From the NCBI GenBank assembly GCA_045807245.1, contig JBJMHS010000005.1, forward strand, positions 1-48,145: a DNA stretch of 48,145 nt. Direction: 5' to 3'. The notes under the pieces are model-generated. The model saw nothing but the letters and a program-made list of their open reading frames with translations, made no database searches and was not told the origin of the DNA. The translations under genes and the position numbers were made by a program. Each line of letters begins with the position of its first letter. The first letter of the stretch is position 1. Source of the stretch: Actinomycetales bacterium. GTDB taxonomy: Bacteria > Actinomycetota > Actinomycetes > Actinomycetales > CAVURS01. Shown one piece after another: positions 45,836 through 48,145 of the stretch.

Positions 45836-46843
45836 GTGGGTAGGAGGAACTCCGGGCCGGTGCGGGCGCTGCATGTCAACGACTGCGCTTTCACCGCCGA
45901 ACAGCTCATCCGGGCTGCCCGCGGCCGGGGCCTGCCCTGGTCGTTCCAGCCGGTGGCGGCGAGCGGTCGCAGCTGGAGCGGGCCGGCCGACCAGGCCGAG
46001 CGGGCCGTCCGCGGTGCCGCCTGGCTGACCCGGCTCGGTGCCCGGGCGGCCCGGCATGACCTGATGCACGTCCACTCGGCGGGAGTCGTGCGCCACACGC
46101 GGCTCGTGCCACGACGGTTCGTGCTGCACCTGCACGGCACCGACATCCGCTCGCTGCAGTACGACCCGCAGTGGCAGACGGTCATCGACTGGGGGCTGCG
46201 GCACGCGCTGCACGTGTTCTACTCCACCCCCGACCTGGCCGCCCACGCCCTGCCGCACCGCCCTGACGCGACGCAGGTGCCGGTGCCGGTCGACGTCACC
46301 CGCCTGCCGCCGTACCGGCCGCACCGGGACGACCCCTACGTGCTGTTCGCGTCGCGCTGGGAGGCCGTGAAGGGGCTGGACGCCCAGCTCCACACGCTGC
46401 GGCAGACCGTGTCCGCGGTCGCCGGCCAGGCTCGGGTGCTGGGGCTCGACTGGGGTCCGGGCGCCCGCGACGCGAGGGCGGCAGGCGTGAGTCTCGTGCC
46501 GCAGCGCGACCACGAGGCGTACCTCGACCTGCTGGCCGGAGCCACCGCCGTCGTCGGCCAGGCCGGCGGCATCCTGTCTGCGAGCGAGCTCGAGGCCATC
46601 GGCATCGGCGTCCCCGTCGCGGTGCCGGTCCCGCTCCCGCTGTACGACGCGGTGCGCCCGCCCGTGCTGGGTCACTCGCCGTCGGCCGCAGCGGAGGCGG
46701 TCGCGGCGGTCGTGGCCGGTGCCCTCCCGGTGGAGTCCGAGGCCGGGCCGGCCTGGGTCGCCGAGCACCATGCGCCGGCCCTCGGGGTCGACATCGTGCT
46801 CGAGGCCTACGACCGGCTCGCCGCGAACGGATGGCGACGGTGA
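45836..46843 (+). CDS. Glycosyltransferase (GT4-like)
   Basis: LHVNDCAF, LHLHGTDIR, SRWEAVKG, SELEAIGIGVPV. Alternative start GTG 45860 after AGGAGG. Confidence 0.7.
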   Translation: MGRRNSGPVRALHVNDCAFTAEQLIRAARGRGLPWSFQPVAASGRSWSGPADQAERAVRGAAWLTRLGARAARHDLMHVHSAGVVRHTRLVPRRFVLHLHGTDIRSLQYDPQWQTVIDWGLRHALHVFYSTPDLAAHALPHRPDATQVPVPVDVTRLPPYRPHRDDPYVLFASRWEAVKGLDAQLHTLRQTVSAVAGQARVLGLDWGPGARDARAAGVSLVPQRDHEAYLDLLAGATAVVGQAGGILSASELEAIGIGVPVAVPVPLPLYDAVRPPVLGHSPSAAAEAVAAVVAGALPVESEAGPAWVAEHHAPALGVDIVLEAYDRLAANGWRR

Positions 46844-47889
46844 AGGTGCTCAGCGTCGTCGGCGCCCGACCCCAGTTCGTCAAGCTCGCGCCCATCGTCA
46901 GTGCGCTCGCCAACCGGTGCGAGCACGTGATCGTGCACACCGGGCAGCACTACGACGAGAGGCTCTCCGACGTCTTCTTCAGTGATCTCGGCATCCCGCA
47001 CCCCGACGTGGACCTCGGCATCGGATCGGCGCCCCACGGCGCACAGACCGGCGCCATGCTGTCGGCCCTCGAACCCGTTCTGCAGCAACAGGATCCGGAT
47101 TGGGTGCTGGTGTACGGCGACACCAACTCGACCCTGGCCGGCGCGCTCGCGGCGGTCAAGCTGCACCTGCCGGTGGCTCACCTCGAGGCAGGGCTGCGTT
47201 CGTTCAACCGCCGGATGCCCGAGGAGCACAACCGGGTCCTCACCGACCACGCAGCCGACCTGTGCCTGGCGCCGACCGAGGAGGCCATGCGTCACCTCGC
47301 TGCCGAGGGACTCGCGGACCGCAGCGTCCTGGTCGGTGACGTGATGACTGACGTCTGCCTGGCCACAGCCGCGGCCCTGACCGACGGGCCATGGCCTGGA
47401 CCGCCCGACCTGGCCGGCACGCCCTACACCGTGGCGACCCTGCACCGGCCAGACAACACCGACGATCCGGAACGGCTGGCCGACGTGCTCTCAGCATTCG
47501 CCGAGCTGCCCCGGCCGGTGCTCCTCCTGGCCCATCCGAGGCTCGTTGCGCGCGCCGAGGAACACGGAGTCACGTTGCAGCGCGGTCGGATTCGCGTACT
47601 CCCAGCACAGCCCTACCCGGCGCTGGTCGGACTGGTGCAGCGAGCCGCCTCCGTGATCACAGACTCCGGCGGCCTGCAGAAGGAAGCCTTCCTCCTCCGG
47701 GTGCCGTGCACGACCGTGCGCGCCGAGACCGAATGGCCGGAGACCGTCGCGCTCGGATGGAACTCACTCTGCCCCGACCCGCGGGACCTGGCCGCGGTGG
47801 ACGCCCGGCCGGCGCCTGAGGCCACGAATGCCGCGCCGTACGGCGACGGTCATGCGGCCGAGCGGGTGGCCCGCGTCCTGCTCGGCTAG
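46840..47889 (+). CDS. wecB: Non-hydrolysing UDP-N-acetylglucosamine 2-epimerase family (WbpI-like)
   Basis: VVGARPQFVK, HTGQHYD, VYGDTNST, HLEAGLRSFN, MPEEHNR, TDSGGLQKEA, YGDGHAAERV. GTGA overlap at 46840; ATG 46831 is an alternative. Confidence 0.92.
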   Translation: MKVLSVVGARPQFVKLAPIVSALANRCEHVIVHTGQHYDERLSDVFFSDLGIPHPDVDLGIGSAPHGAQTGAMLSALEPVLQQQDPDWVLVYGDTNSTLAGALAAVKLHLPVAHLEAGLRSFNRRMPEEHNRVLTDHAADLCLAPTEEAMRHLAAEGLADRSVLVGDVMTDVCLATAAALTDGPWPGPPDLAGTPYTVATLHRPDNTDDPERLADVLSAFAELPRPVLLLAHPRLVARAEEHGVTLQRGRIRVLPAQPYPALVGLVQRAASVITDSGGLQKEAFLLRVPCTTVRAETEWPETVALGWNSLCPDPRDLAAVDARPAPEATNAAPYGDGHAAERVARVLLG

Positions 47890-48145
47890 ATGTGATGTCC
47901 GGCCAGGTTGTCCAACCTGGTGATGGGTGCGGCCTTTCCGATTGCTGAGTGGGGCCGGTGGTGGTTGTACTGGTGGACCCATGCTGGCAGTGCGGCGAGT
48001 CTGGCTGACTCGGAGGTGTAGAGCTTCTTGAAGGCCCAGCCCTCGGCCAGGGTGCGGTGGAAGCGTTCGATCTTGCCGTTGGTCTGGGGCCGGTAGGGCC
48101 GCGTTCGCCTGTGGATCACTCCGAGCTCGGCGCAGGTGTCGCGCC
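47886..48145 (-). CDS. IS481 family transposase, C-terminal part
   Basis: ...RDTCAELGVIHRRTRPYRPQTNGKIERFHRTL..GWA...YNHHRPHSAIG...NLAGHHI*. The frame is open to the window edge. Confidence 0.92.
   Translation of the reverse strand, partial: RDTCAELGVIHRRTRPYRPQTNGKIERFHRTLAEGWAFKKLYTSESARLAALPAWVHQYNHHRPHSAIGKAAPITRLDNLAGHHI
47891..48145 (-). mobile_element. IS481 family insertion sequence, right end
   Basis: End begins TGTGATGTCC, a TGT terminus typical of IS481, abutting the target GCTAGA (47885-47890). Confidence 0.85.

Noticed and set aside
1..48145. tRNA, rRNA, prophage or anti-phage defence genes
   Set aside because: None recognised by eye. Intergenic gaps are short and the genes fit envelope or housekeeping families.

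Overview
High-GC actinobacterial chromosomal segment. It corresponds to the cell-wall glycopolymer locus that in many Actinomycetota lies between an AlkA-like glycosylase/TIGR03089 gene and LCP/acyl-CoA dehydrogenase genes. About 38 genes or gene fragments can be supported. Polymer synthesis and export: a double-domain TagF-like polyol-phosphate transferase, two different cytidylyltransferases, two CDP-alcohol phosphotransferases, a TagGH/Wzm-Wzt ABC exporter and an LCP ligase. Decoration: a Stealth + MBOAT + DHHW operon, polyprenol-phosphate/GT-C-type glycosylation modules, two methyltransferases and WbpA/WbpI-like amino-uronic-acid enzymes. Wall remodelling: an amidase + SpoIID pair carrying 10 and 5 FG-GAP-like repeats, and a zinc peptidase-like protein with three PG-binding domains. 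Interspersed are scoAB, a DUF222-HNH gene with a PafBC-type DNA-damage promoter, a SnoaL-like gene, and an IS481-family element inserted at the wecB stop codon, inside which the window ends. Promoter architecture is unusually readable: many leaderless starts, back-to-back divergent promoters, one overlapping -10 bidirectional promoter, and an unannotated 15-codon leaderless sORF. No rRNA, tRNA or CRISPR array was seen. All family calls come from motif recognition by eye, not database searches.
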